A DNA stretch of 64,000 bases, taken from contig CBDEUK010000001.1 in the NCBI GenBank assembly GCA_965243205.1, positions 384,001 to 448,000 of the forward strand. Direction: 5' to 3'. Under the pieces are notes generated by a model. That model was not told the DNA's origin. It did not search any database and was given only the letters and a program-made list of their open reading frames with translations. How positions within the stretch are numbered: the stretch's first letter is position 1; every line of letters starts with the position of its first letter. Source of the DNA: Gammaproteobacteria bacterium (GTDB taxonomy: Bacteria > Pseudomonadota > Gammaproteobacteria > Eutrophobiales > Eutrophobiaceae). The position numbers and the translations under genes are program-made. Of the stretch, positions 21,483 to 30,242 are shown piece by piece.

Positions 21483-22631
21483 TTAATTTGACTTCAGTAA
21501 TTTAAGTCGTCGATAGATCGTCGTACGATTAATCCCTAAGATGCGCGCCGCTTTAGAAATGTTTCCATTCGTTTTCTCCAACGCCTCTTTGATCATCTGA
21601 TCACCTTGTGATTTAAAATCAATTGTTTGATTGGTAGAAATGAAATTTGAATGTTCAAAAAAACTATCTTGAATCAAAATCGCTCCTAAGCAAACATTTG
21701 ACTCCATGATAGGTTCAATAATAAATCTTATTTCTTTATTTTCATTGATATTGATCAATAATTCATCGCTTATCCCTTTATGTAAAATAGATTCAATGGA
21801 ATCCCATATCCCTGTTTGAAGATTATATTTTGAAATCTTTGATAAATTTTGACCTGCAAAAAAATTCATTAATGATTGATCACACTCTAAAACGCATCCC
21901 AGAGAATCAATTAAACAACTCGAAACATTACTTAATTGAAATTTTCTCTCTCGATATAGTTGTCTTAGTTGTTCACGTTTTTGCAAACGCATGACATTCA
22001 ATTCAGACTCAACAGAATGTGCTAATGAGACTGCTAATGACATCGTTTGCATAGAGAGATGATTGGCAGGACCAGTAATATCAATCGCACCGATCACATC
22101 ACCTGCTAAATTATGAATGGGTGATCCATAACAAGCCCAAGGTTGCCAAGCCTCACAATAATGTTCACTACCATAAATCAATTCAGGTTTATCAAATGCG
22201 ATAGGAGTACCAACACCATTTGGTCCAACTTGATCAATATCCCAAGAACCACCTGGCATAAAATTAATTTGTTCCAATTCCGCCTGAACGGCTTTATGAC
22301 CAACGGAATATAAAATCTGACCTTCAGCGTTCGCTAAAACCATAATGTGTTTTGTATTGAAGGTTGAATCGGCAACCCGTTCTAAAACAGACTTACCAAC
22401 AATGCCTAACTCGTTATTATTAATTTGTTCATCGAGTTCACTTTGCTCTAAGGCAGTGCTAGCTCTTTGTATATTTGGATCAATGCCTTTGTCTCGGCTT
22501 TGTCGCCAACTGTCTAGAATCAGTTGTCGCGGTGTAGAGCGTGTACTGTGTCCTGTATCAACGAACTCTTCCCATGCTTTTTTAATCGCTAAGGAGTTAG
22601 TCCCTTGTTCTTCTAAGGTGGGGTTCATCAA
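21483..22631 (-). CDS. AcoR-like regulator: GAF + PAS-like + Fis-type HTH, without sigma54 AAA+ domain
   Basis: N-terminal AcoR-type GAF (SWRQS, GGSW..VGPNGVGT, EHYC, WACYGSPI, GAIDITG) and C-terminal HTH_8 (GNISKAARILGINRTTIYRRLK). No Walker A (GESGTGK) or GAFTGA in 382 aa. Confidence 0.8.
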   Translation of the reverse strand: MMNPTLEEQGTNSLAIKKAWEEFVDTGHSTRSTPRQLILDSWRQSRDKGIDPNIQRASTALEQSELDEQINNNELGIVGKSVLERVADSTFNTKHIMVLANAEGQILYSVGHKAVQAELEQINFMPGGSWDIDQVGPNGVGTPIAFDKPELIYGSEHYCEAWQPWACYGSPIHNLAGDVIGAIDITGPANHLSMQTMSLAVSLAHSVESELNVMRLQKREQLRQLYRERKFQLSNVSSCLIDSLGCVLECDQSLMNFFAGQNLSKISKYNLQTGIWDSIESILHKGISDELLININENKEIRFIIEPIMESNVCLGAILIQDSFFEHSNFISTNQTIDFKSQGDQMIKEALEKTNGNISKAARILGINRTTIYRRLKLLKSN

Positions 22632-22826
22632 GATTCCTCTTCGGCAATTCTTAATATATTTACAATTATTTAGATACTAAAAATTGTAACAAAGATGAAT
22701 AATAAATCTATAAATATAGGCTTTTTTTAATTAATATGATTGTATTAGACGTTGCTTAATGCAACAAAGAAGTAAACTATCGCATACTTTTAGTGCAAGA
22801 AAAGAAATTTTGAAGCTATAAAAATT

Positions 22827-23561
22827 TTACTGCCTAAAAACCTTCTTTAATAATTCAGTTGTTCGAGCAGCTGGATTTGTCCTAATCAATTTTTCTTCAT
22901 CTGCCAAAATAGAAAATAAACCATCCATTGTTTTATTGGTGACATACTTATCAAGATCCAAAGCTTCTGTATCGACTAGATTTTTCATGAAACCAAGATT
23001 ATCGATCATATTTTTATAATTATTTGTCACACCCGTTTTTTCGGTTGCTGCTTGCACAATCGGTAACATTTTTTCAAATAAGCGACTGCCACCTGTGCTA
23101 CGAAAATACTCTGTAGCTGCATTATCAGGCCCGTTTACAATTGCTTTCGCATCATCAAAGGTCATTTGTTTAATAGCATCACCTAGAATATTAGCGGTTT
23201 CTGGAATGGCTTGCTCAGCGGCTCGATTCATGGTGAGAATGAATTCATCGGCGTATTTATCTTGACCTATTTTACGTAAGCCACTTTCAATTGATTGTAA
23301 TTTTTCTGGCATTCGGATCTTCACTTTATTATTAGCAAAGAAACCATCGGTCTTACCTAAAGATTGGATCGCGTTTTTGGTTGAAACCGATAAGGCTTCT
23401 TTTAACCCATCAATCATATCGGAATTACTGAGTGCAGAAAGAGCAGAACCCGAACTTTCAGAATCTCCTCCAAAGACATCTTTTAATAAATCGCCCCAAC
23501 CAGCGAAGGCAAATTTACCTGGCATTAATACTAAAAGTATGATCAATAAAAATTGCTTCAC
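22827..23561 (-). CDS. DUF4197 family exported protein
   Basis: GLKEAL, DGFF.N..VKI, MNRAAE.A.P, DA..I..G.D.AAT.YF, IRTNPAARTTELLKKVF; probable GTG start at 23561 behind AGGAG. Confidence 0.85.
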   Translation of the reverse strand: MKQFLLIILLVLMPGKFAFAGWGDLLKDVFGGDSESSGSALSALSNSDMIDGLKEALSVSTKNAIQSLGKTDGFFANNKVKIRMPEKLQSIESGLRKIGQDKYADEFILTMNRAAEQAIPETANILGDAIKQMTFDDAKAIVNGPDNAATEYFRSTGGSRLFEKMLPIVQAATEKTGVTNNYKNMIDNLGFMKNLVDTEALDLDKYVTNKTMDGLFSILADEEKLIRTNPAARTTELLKKVFRQ

Positions 23562-23577
23562 GAATCTATCTCCTGAA

Positions 23578-24828
23578 TTAAGCATCGGCTGTAGCAGATT
23601 TACTTGAGTAACGTTGTTCTACGTAATTATCAACGATTTCTTTGAACTCAGCAGCGATGTTATCGCCTTTCAGAGTGACTGTTTTTTTGCCATCAACGAA
23701 AACTGGCGCTGAAGGCGCCTCACCTGTTCCAGGAAGGCTGATACCAATATCTGCATGTTTACTTTCTCCAGGGCCATTAACCACGCAACCCATTACCGCA
23801 AGATTCATATCTTCAACGCCTTCGTATTTTTCACGCCAGATTGGCATTTGACTACGTACATATGCCTGAATGTTATCTGCTAGCTCTTGGAAAACCGTAC
23901 TGGTCGTCCGTCCGCATCCTGGGCATGCTGTTACTAATGGGGTAAATGATCGTAATCCCATCGTTTGCAACATCTCTTGTGCAACAATGACTTCATTAGC
24001 GCGGTCACCGCCTGGTTCAGGTGTTAGAGATACACGAATCGTATCGCCTATCCCTTCCTGTAATAACACGCCCATCGCTGCAGTGGATGCAACAATACCT
24101 TTTGAACCCATGCCCGCTTCGGTAAGACCTAAATGTAATGCGTAATCACAGCGTGACGATAAATCTCGGTAAACGGAAATTAACTTCTGTACACCACTGA
24201 CTTTACATGACAACACAATTTTATCGCGGCCAAGGCCAATCTCTTCGGCTTTTTTAGCACTGGATAATGCGGACATGATCAAAGCCTCGCGCATAACATC
24301 CTCGGCTTCTTTTGGTTCAGCCAATTGCGCATTTTCATCCATCATTTGCGCGAGTAAATCTTGGTCCAAACTGCCCCAATTCACACCAATACGTACGGGC
24401 TTATCGTACTCAATGGCCTTTTCGATCATGGTGCCAAATTGCAAATCTTTTTTACGACCAAACCCAACATTGCCTGGGTTGATTCGATATTTGCCTAATG
24501 CCTCAGCACATTCAGGGTATTTTGTGAGTAATTGATGCCCGTTGTAATGAAAGTCTCCCACAATTGGCACCATACAGCCTGTCGCAGCCAACATATCTCG
24601 AATTCGGGCGACTTGTTTGGCAGATTCTTCATTATTCACCGTTATCCTGACCAGTTCAGAACCAGCTGCAGCTAACTGTTGAATTTGTTTGGCTGTGGCT
24701 ACAGCATCGGCTGTATCGGTATTGGTCATGGATTGCACAACCACAGGACTTGAACCACCAATGGTCACAGAACCAACTTTGACTCCGACACTAGTTCGTC
24801 GAAGATGAGGACCGGGGATGAATGACAT
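23578..24828 (-). CDS. ispG: (E)-4-hydroxy-3-methylbut-2-enyl-diphosphate synthase
   Basis: [43 protein letters not shown] (Fe-S cysteines). Confidence 0.96.
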   Translation of the reverse strand: MSFIPGPHLRRTSVGVKVGSVTIGGSSPVVVQSMTNTDTADAVATAKQIQQLAAAGSELVRITVNNEESAKQVARIRDMLAATGCMVPIVGDFHYNGHQLLTKYPECAEALGKYRINPGNVGFGRKKDLQFGTMIEKAIEYDKPVRIGVNWGSLDQDLLAQMMDENAQLAEPKEAEDVMREALIMSALSSAKKAEEIGLGRDKIVLSCKVSGVQKLISVYRDLSSRCDYALHLGLTEAGMGSKGIVASTAAMGVLLQEGIGDTIRVSLTPEPGGDRANEVIVAQEMLQTMGLRSFTPLVTACPGCGRTTSTVFQELADNIQAYVRSQMPIWREKYEGVEDMNLAVMGCVVNGPGESKHADIGISLPGTGEAPSAPVFVDGKKTVTLKGDNIAAEFKEIVDNYVEQRYSSKSATADA

Positions 24829-25075
24829 ACTTACTATAAACCTTTGATAAATGATTAGGCTGGCAGTCTACTTGGCAAGCGGTTGCTGTCAAGAAAATCA
24901 CCATGTTTCGTCTTTTACGCCTAAATAACAACAATTTCGAGCAATAAAATGTGACATTTTATTGGGACGAATTCCTGTTCCGTGCGATACTTCGCACCTA
25001 ATTTATATCAGCAAAAGAAAAATAAACAAATACCTTCCAGTAACCCATCGCTGCCAGGTTTTTGAAACTAACCGT

Positions 25076-25618
25076 ATGAACCAACCAGAAAAACAATATT
25101 TATTTGATAGAAAATCTCATTATACCTACGATGAATTACTAGACTGTGGTCTTGGCAAAATGTTCGGTGATGGTAATGCTCAGTTACCTCAACCGCCGAT
25201 GCTCATGTTTGATCGCATCGCAGAAATTAACGAAACAGGCGGCGAACACCAAAAAGGACAAATCATCGCTGAAATGGATATAAAACCTGACTTATGGTTC
25301 TTTGACTGCCACTTCACCAATGACCCGGTTATGCCAGGATGTCTTGGACTCGATGCCATGTGGCAATTAGTTGGCTTTTATCTCGGTTGGATGGGAGCAC
25401 CAGGCAGAGGCCGTGCACTAGGCTCAGGGGAAGTTAAATTTACCGGCCAAGTCACTCCAAAAAATGAATTAGTCAGCTATGAAATTACTATGAAACGCGT
25501 TATTTTACGCAAGCTAGTAATGGGGGTGGCCGATGCCGTCATGAAAGTAGACGGTAAAGAAATTTACGCTGCAAAGGATTTACGCGTTGGCCTATTTCAA
25601 TCAACTGAAGATTTTTAA
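25076..25618 (+). CDS. fabA: 3-hydroxyacyl-ACP dehydratase/isomerase
   Basis: [54 protein letters not shown]; start placed at ATG 25076. Confidence 0.95.
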   Translation: MNQPEKQYLFDRKSHYTYDELLDCGLGKMFGDGNAQLPQPPMLMFDRIAEINETGGEHQKGQIIAEMDIKPDLWFFDCHFTNDPVMPGCLGLDAMWQLVGFYLGWMGAPGRGRALGSGEVKFTGQVTPKNELVSYEITMKRVILRKLVMGVADAVMKVDGKEIYAAKDLRVGLFQSTEDF

Positions 25619-25643
25619 TCAATTCTATAACTAAAACTATAAT

Positions 25644-26858
25644 ATGAAACGAGTAGTCATCACCGGTCTCGGCATTGTATCGAGCATTGGAAATAATCAA
25701 GAAGAAGTTATCGCAAGTTTAAAAGCAGGTAAATCAGGCGTTCAACGCTCTGAAGAATATGCCGAACTGGGTTTTCGTTCGCATGTGTATGCGCCTATCA
25801 ATATTGATATCAACGAGCATGTTGATCGTAAAATGAAACGCTTTATGGGCGATGCAGCGGCTTATGCTTCCATCGCTATGAATGAAGCTATACAAGATGC
25901 CAATCTAGCAGATGATTTAGTCTCAAATCCTCGTACTGGTTTAATCGTAGGCTCAGGCGGTTCTTCAACCGATAACATGTTACAAGTCACCGATACCGTT
26001 CGAGAACGCGGAGCAAAAAAAGTCGGCCCAACCATGGTTCCAAGAATCATGAGTAGTACTGTCAGTGCTTGCTTAGCCGTTGCCTATAAAACCAAAGGCA
26101 TCAATTACTCTATCAGTTCTGCTTGTTCTACTAGTGCACACTGTATTGGCAATGCCTACGAACAAATTCAAATGGGTAAACAGGATATTATCTTTGCAGG
26201 TGGTGGCGAAGAATTGCACTGGACCAGTAGTGTGTTATTTGATGCGATGGGCGCACTTTCTTCTAAATACAACGAAACACCTGAAATTGCATCACGGGCT
26301 TTCGATGCTAACCGAGATGGCTTTGTGATCTCTGGTGGCGGCGGCATTGTTGTGGTTGAAGAGTTAGAGCATGCGCTTGCACGTGGCGCTAAAATTTATG
26401 CCGAAATTACGGGTTATGGCGCAACCAGTGACGGTTTTGATATGGTTAAACCATCAGGTGAAGGCGCATTTCGTTGTATGCAAATAGCTAAACCTGAAGG
26501 CGTGGATATCGATTACATTAACGCCCATGCAACTAGCACCCCTGCAGGCGATGTGGTTGAACTCAATACGATTAAAACGTTATTTAAAGATACACTGCCT
26601 AAAGTCAATTCCACTAAATCCTTAACAGGGCATGGGCTTGGTTGTGCAGGTGTTAACGAAGCAATCTTTTCCCTTCTAATGATGCAAGAAAACTTCATTG
26701 CTGCTTCTGCAAACATCGAAAACTTAGATGATGCTGCAGAAGATTTACCGATTGTCTTAGACCGAATTGATAACATTGAATTAAACGCCGTTATGTCGAA
26801 TAGTTTCGGCTTTGGTGGAACTAACGCCACATTAGTTTTTCAAAAACTCCAACAATAA
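25644..26858 (+). CDS. fabB: Beta-ketoacyl-ACP synthase I
   Basis: [40 protein letters not shown]; follows fabA. Confidence 0.94.
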   Translation: MKRVVITGLGIVSSIGNNQEEVIASLKAGKSGVQRSEEYAELGFRSHVYAPINIDINEHVDRKMKRFMGDAAAYASIAMNEAIQDANLADDLVSNPRTGLIVGSGGSSTDNMLQVTDTVRERGAKKVGPTMVPRIMSSTVSACLAVAYKTKGINYSISSACSTSAHCIGNAYEQIQMGKQDIIFAGGGEELHWTSSVLFDAMGALSSKYNETPEIASRAFDANRDGFVISGGGGIVVVEELEHALARGAKIYAEITGYGATSDGFDMVKPSGEGAFRCMQIAKPEGVDIDYINAHATSTPAGDVVELNTIKTLFKDTLPKVNSTKSLTGHGLGCAGVNEAIFSLLMMQENFIAASANIENLDDAAEDLPIVLDRIDNIELNAVMSNSFGFGGTNATLVFQKLQQ

Positions 26859-26874
26859 CGAACTACGGTCATGT

Positions 26875-27312
26875 ATGGATCCAGCTACTGCAAATATGGT
26901 AAAAATTTTGATGAGCTGGACCGTACATTTAGCAACGGCATATAGCCTTCCAGAAACATTACCTGAGCTTGTTTACGAACCACGAGAATATTTTGTTAAT
27001 ACCGTTTGTGGCGGTGTTGAAAAGAAATGTGATGCCGTTGGTTGGTACGATAACAATGGCACTATTCATATTGACGATAGATTGAAAGGCAATGAAGATC
27101 CTTATACCCGAAGTCTAATCGTGCATGAACTTGTACATTACCTACAAGACATCAGCGGTAAATTTGATAATAAAAGTTGTGAAGATTATGTTTTCAAAGA
27201 ACGTGAGGCCTACAGCATACAACGTCAGTATTTGAAACGTATCGCGCAGCGTTATGTGGCTATCTATCAAAACTATCCACCTTGCCAATGGCATGAAACA
27301 ACAGATGAATAA
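26875..27312 (+). CDS. Small HExxH protein (DUF6647-like putative zinc metallopeptidase fold)
   Basis: SLIVHELVHYLQ...SC.....EREAY..Q..YL. Confidence 0.65.
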   Translation: MDPATANMVKILMSWTVHLATAYSLPETLPELVYEPREYFVNTVCGGVEKKCDAVGWYDNNGTIHIDDRLKGNEDPYTRSLIVHELVHYLQDISGKFDNKSCEDYVFKEREAYSIQRQYLKRIAQRYVAIYQNYPPCQWHETTDE

Positions 27313-27900
27313 ATGAACTGGTTAAAAGATTTTTCACCTTTTGTTTTTATTAGTTTATTTTCTATAAGCGCACTTTCTGAAACGGAAATAGAATTTACCA
27401 CGCGAGAATACCCTGTTCCTGAACATGGTTTGTTAAGTTTAGAAGTTCCAACAGAATGGAATGTCACTTATTACGAACCCGCCGATATAAAAGCACCTAT
27501 TATCATTTTTTATCCGCAAGAAAAACCACATAACTTTCAATTAACGGTTTCACCACTTTGGGATGAAGGTTATTTAAGAAACATTACTGAACCCGAATAC
27601 ATAAAAAAATATTTAGAATCGGTTGGTACTGATATTTTGCAATATTCTGATCAAGATGAATTAGAACTTAAATTATTAGATGGCAAACAAGGTGATGGTT
27701 ATTATTTTCAAGTTTCAGATCAATCAGCACCCGATTCTGAATTTAAATATTTAACTCAAGGCGCCATCGCGGTAGGAGAAATATTGGTGGTTTTTTCGTA
27801 TTTTAGTAATCAAGTAAATGATCAAAATACCGATATCATTCTGGAAATGATGCGTAAAGCTGTGCAGAATCATCAACGTCAAGTACACTTATTTTACTAA
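27313..27900 (+). CDS. Hypothetical exported protein
   Basis: Signal peptide-like N-terminus (FVFISLFSISALS), acidic, abuts the previous gene. Confidence 0.65.
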   Translation: MNWLKDFSPFVFISLFSISALSETEIEFTTREYPVPEHGLLSLEVPTEWNVTYYEPADIKAPIIIFYPQEKPHNFQLTVSPLWDEGYLRNITEPEYIKKYLESVGTDILQYSDQDELELKLLDGKQGDGYYFQVSDQSAPDSEFKYLTQGAIAVGEILVVFSYFSNQVNDQNTDIILEMMRKAVQNHQRQVHLFY

Positions 27901-27921
27901 TCTAATAAGAAAATACTTAAC

Positions 27922-29709
27922 TTGGACACAATTTCTTCTCTCTCGCTGATTGTCGTATTGGGCATCACCTGCCAGTGGTTGGCATGGTGGGCTCGCTTAC
28001 CTGCTATTTTATTCTTACTGATCACAGGCATGCTCATAGGGCCAGTAACGGGTGTTTTAAATCCTGATCAATTATTTGGTGATCTTTTATTTCCCATGGT
28101 GTCTCTCTCCGTAGCCGTCATCTTATTTGAAGGCAGTTTGACCTTAAAATTTGATGAGATTAGAGGCTTGGGTTACGTGGTGCGTAACATGATCAGTATC
28201 GGCACACTGATTACCTGGATCGGAACCGCATTAGTCACTCATGCCTTATTGGATTTTCCATATGAGTTATCGTTTTTGTTTGGCGCAGTTGTTATCGTAA
28301 CTGGTCCTACTGTGATTGTTCCAATTCTAAGAAGTGTTAGGCCCAATGCAAAAATCGCTAATATCCTGCGTTGGGAAGGTATTACCATCGATCCCATTGG
28401 CGCTTTAATGGCGGTCTTGGTTTTTGACTTCATTATTTCCAAACAAAACGAATACGTATTTAGCAATATTCTGATCGTGTTTGGAACACTCATCTTTGTC
28501 GGCACTGTCGTTGGCATAATCGCAGCTCTCGCACTTAACTATGTTCTAAAACGTCATTTAATACCTGAGTATTTACGCAATGTATTTGCCTTAGCGTTGG
28601 TTTTTGCAGCATATGCTGTTTCCGATCTATTTGTTCATGAGTCAGGCTTATTAGCCGTCACCGTTATGGGTATTATTCTGGCCAACATGAAAGAAACGGA
28701 TATCGAAGACATACTTGATTTTAAAGAGACATTGAGTGTTCTACTCATATCTGGATTATTTATTATTTTGGCTGCACGTATTGAGTTTGAACAATTCCAA
28801 CAACTGGGTTTTCGATCGTTTGGAATTTTATTAGCGCTTATGTTCATCATTCGCCCGCTTAAAGTATGGATCTCGTCTATTGGCTCGGACTTAACCGTAG
28901 CTGAAAAAATGATGATTTCTTGGGTTGGGCCAAGAGGTATTGTAGCAGCAGCCATCGCTGCATTATTCGCTATTCGACTTGAAGAAGCGGGGTTTCCTGA
29001 AGCATCTTTATTAGTACCACTGACATTTCTTATCATTATTGGCACTGTCGTAATCCAAAGCTTAACCTCAAAACAAATTGCTAGCTGGCTAGGTGTACGT
29101 GAACCTGCTGCAACAGGAGTGTTGATCATTGGCGCGGGTAAAGTCGCAAGAGTGATTGGCAAAGCTATTCAAGAACAAGGATTTAAAGTCGTCATGACTG
29201 ACAGTAACTGGGAAAATACCAGTCTTGCACGTATGGAAGGCTTAATGACGTATTTTGGTAACCCTATATCTGAACATGCTGACCGTAATCTAGATTTAGT
29301 TGGCGTAGGTTCAATGTTGGGGCTATCTGGGCGTGCCAACCTTGATACATTAGCAGCTCTTCGCTTTCGTAACGAATTTGGTTCGAATAGCGTTTATGAA
29401 GTAAAAACTAGCCGTGAAGATATTGTTGGTGATAAACATATTGTTTCGACACGTCATCGTGGCTTCCAGTTATTTTCTAATGATATTACCTATGGAACCT
29501 TAGCTAACTGGATAGGCAATGGTGCTGAAATTAAAAAGAATCAATTAAGTAATACCTTTGATTACTCAAATTTTCAAGATAAATATAAAAACAATTCCAT
29601 TCAATTATTCGCAATTGATCCTAAAGGAAAATTACATTTTTACGTTGCTGAAAAAGAACTTAAACCTGAAGCCGGTTGGAGTATCATCAGTTTGATTCAA
29701 CCCGCATAA
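27922..29709 (+). CDS. CPA1/NhaP-type cation:proton antiporter with C-terminal TrkA-N-like domain
   Basis: About 12 TM segments, ILFEGSLTL, VTGPTVI.P, LRWEGI.IDPIGA, GPRGIVAAA, GVLIIGAG; TTG start. Confidence 0.9.
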   Translation: MDTISSLSLIVVLGITCQWLAWWARLPAILFLLITGMLIGPVTGVLNPDQLFGDLLFPMVSLSVAVILFEGSLTLKFDEIRGLGYVVRNMISIGTLITWIGTALVTHALLDFPYELSFLFGAVVIVTGPTVIVPILRSVRPNAKIANILRWEGITIDPIGALMAVLVFDFIISKQNEYVFSNILIVFGTLIFVGTVVGIIAALALNYVLKRHLIPEYLRNVFALALVFAAYAVSDLFVHESGLLAVTVMGIILANMKETDIEDILDFKETLSVLLISGLFIILAARIEFEQFQQLGFRSFGILLALMFIIRPLKVWISSIGSDLTVAEKMMISWVGPRGIVAAAIAALFAIRLEEAGFPEASLLVPLTFLIIIGTVVIQSLTSKQIASWLGVREPAATGVLIIGAGKVARVIGKAIQEQGFKVVMTDSNWENTSLARMEGLMTYFGNPISEHADRNLDLVGVGSMLGLSGRANLDTLAALRFRNEFGSNSVYEVKTSREDIVGDKHIVSTRHRGFQLFSNDITYGTLANWIGNGAEIKKNQLSNTFDYSNFQDKYKNNSIQLFAIDPKGKLHFYVAEKELKPEAGWSIISLIQPA

Positions 29710-29736
29710 CAAAGTGATCACTTGCAATAAATAAAC

Positions 29737-29768
29737 TGTGATCTAGTTCCCATTTCAAACAAGTCACA
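29737..29768. promoter_or_regulatory. CRP-type boxes upstream of sRNA candidate 1
   Basis: TGTGA-TCTAGT-TCCCA (29737-29752) and a weaker TTTCA-AACAAG-TCACA (29753-29768); TAAAAT -10 candidate at 29803-29808. Confidence 0.55.
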
Positions 29769-29812
29769 ACTAGAAATTCATATTCGCTTAATAGATCCTA
29801 TCTAAAATTATA

Positions 29813-29907
29813 GGTGTAGCTTTCCATGTGTAGTGAAGTAGTGAAACAGCATGGGGTTACTCTTAATCCCTCCTCCCCAAGAGTAGCCCCAAGCTTTTAA
29901 CTTTTTT
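29813..29907 (+). ncRNA. Putative small RNA 1 with CCUCCUCCCC loop
   Basis: 13-bp stem TGGGGTTACTCTT/AAGAGTAGCCCCA (29852-29891) with loop AATCCCTCCTCCCC, then T-rich tail; -10 and CRP-type boxes upstream. Ends are approximate. Confidence 0.55.
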
Positions 29908-29947
29908 ATGTCTAACATTAATAGTGAAAAAATAATTGTTGACTTTA

Positions 29948-30022
29948 TGTGATTTAAATCACGCCTTTACGGCTCATTTTGTGAGAATAATCACAGATAT
30001 CCTGATCATGAATTACTAGACT
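29948..30022 (+). promoter_or_regulatory. Tandem CRP-type boxes and -10 (class II geometry) upstream of sRNA candidate 2
   Basis: TGTGA-TTTAAA-TCACG (29948-29963), perfect TGTGA-GAATAA-TCACA (29980-29995), TAGACT -10 (30017-30022). The second box centres at about -41.5 for a start near 30029. Confidence 0.7.
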
Positions 30023-30028
30023 TATTAC

Positions 30029-30107
30029 CGAAGACATCAATACCTCTCTATGCAAATATGCAGATCGGGATTGGCCACCCCCCCCCAGGCTGATTCCGAT
30101 TTTTTTT
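30029..30107 (+). ncRNA. Putative small RNA 2 with poly-C loop terminator
   Basis: 13-bp stem ATCGGGATTGGCC/GGCTGATTCCGAT (three G-U pairs, so + strand) with loop A-C9-A and a T8 tail. Confidence 0.6.
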
Positions 30108-30242
30108 ATCAAGCAATCGTTCAATTAAACCGCTATCAGGATATAATGTATTACATAATAATTGATTGTTAATACATTATTATTTATCAAAATGATGTGT
30201 AATAGACTACTATTAGTATTTTAATTTATTTGTTTCTCGATA

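Noticed and set aside
24962-25075. N-terminal extension of FabA in the ORF track
   Set aside because: It comes from an upstream TTG; family similarity begins after ATG 25076.
29826-29900. 24-codon ORF MCSEVVKQHGVTLNPSSPRVAPSF inside sRNA candidate 1
   Set aside because: It runs through the terminator hairpin, has only a weak AGGTG RBS and no recognisable peptide features. Likely chance, though ribosome profiling could test it.
29710-30242. Riboswitch, tRNA or CRISPR explanation of the long intergenic region
   Set aside because: No cloverleaf, no repeat-spacer periodicity and no aptamer consensus that I recognise. An Rfam scan is still needed.
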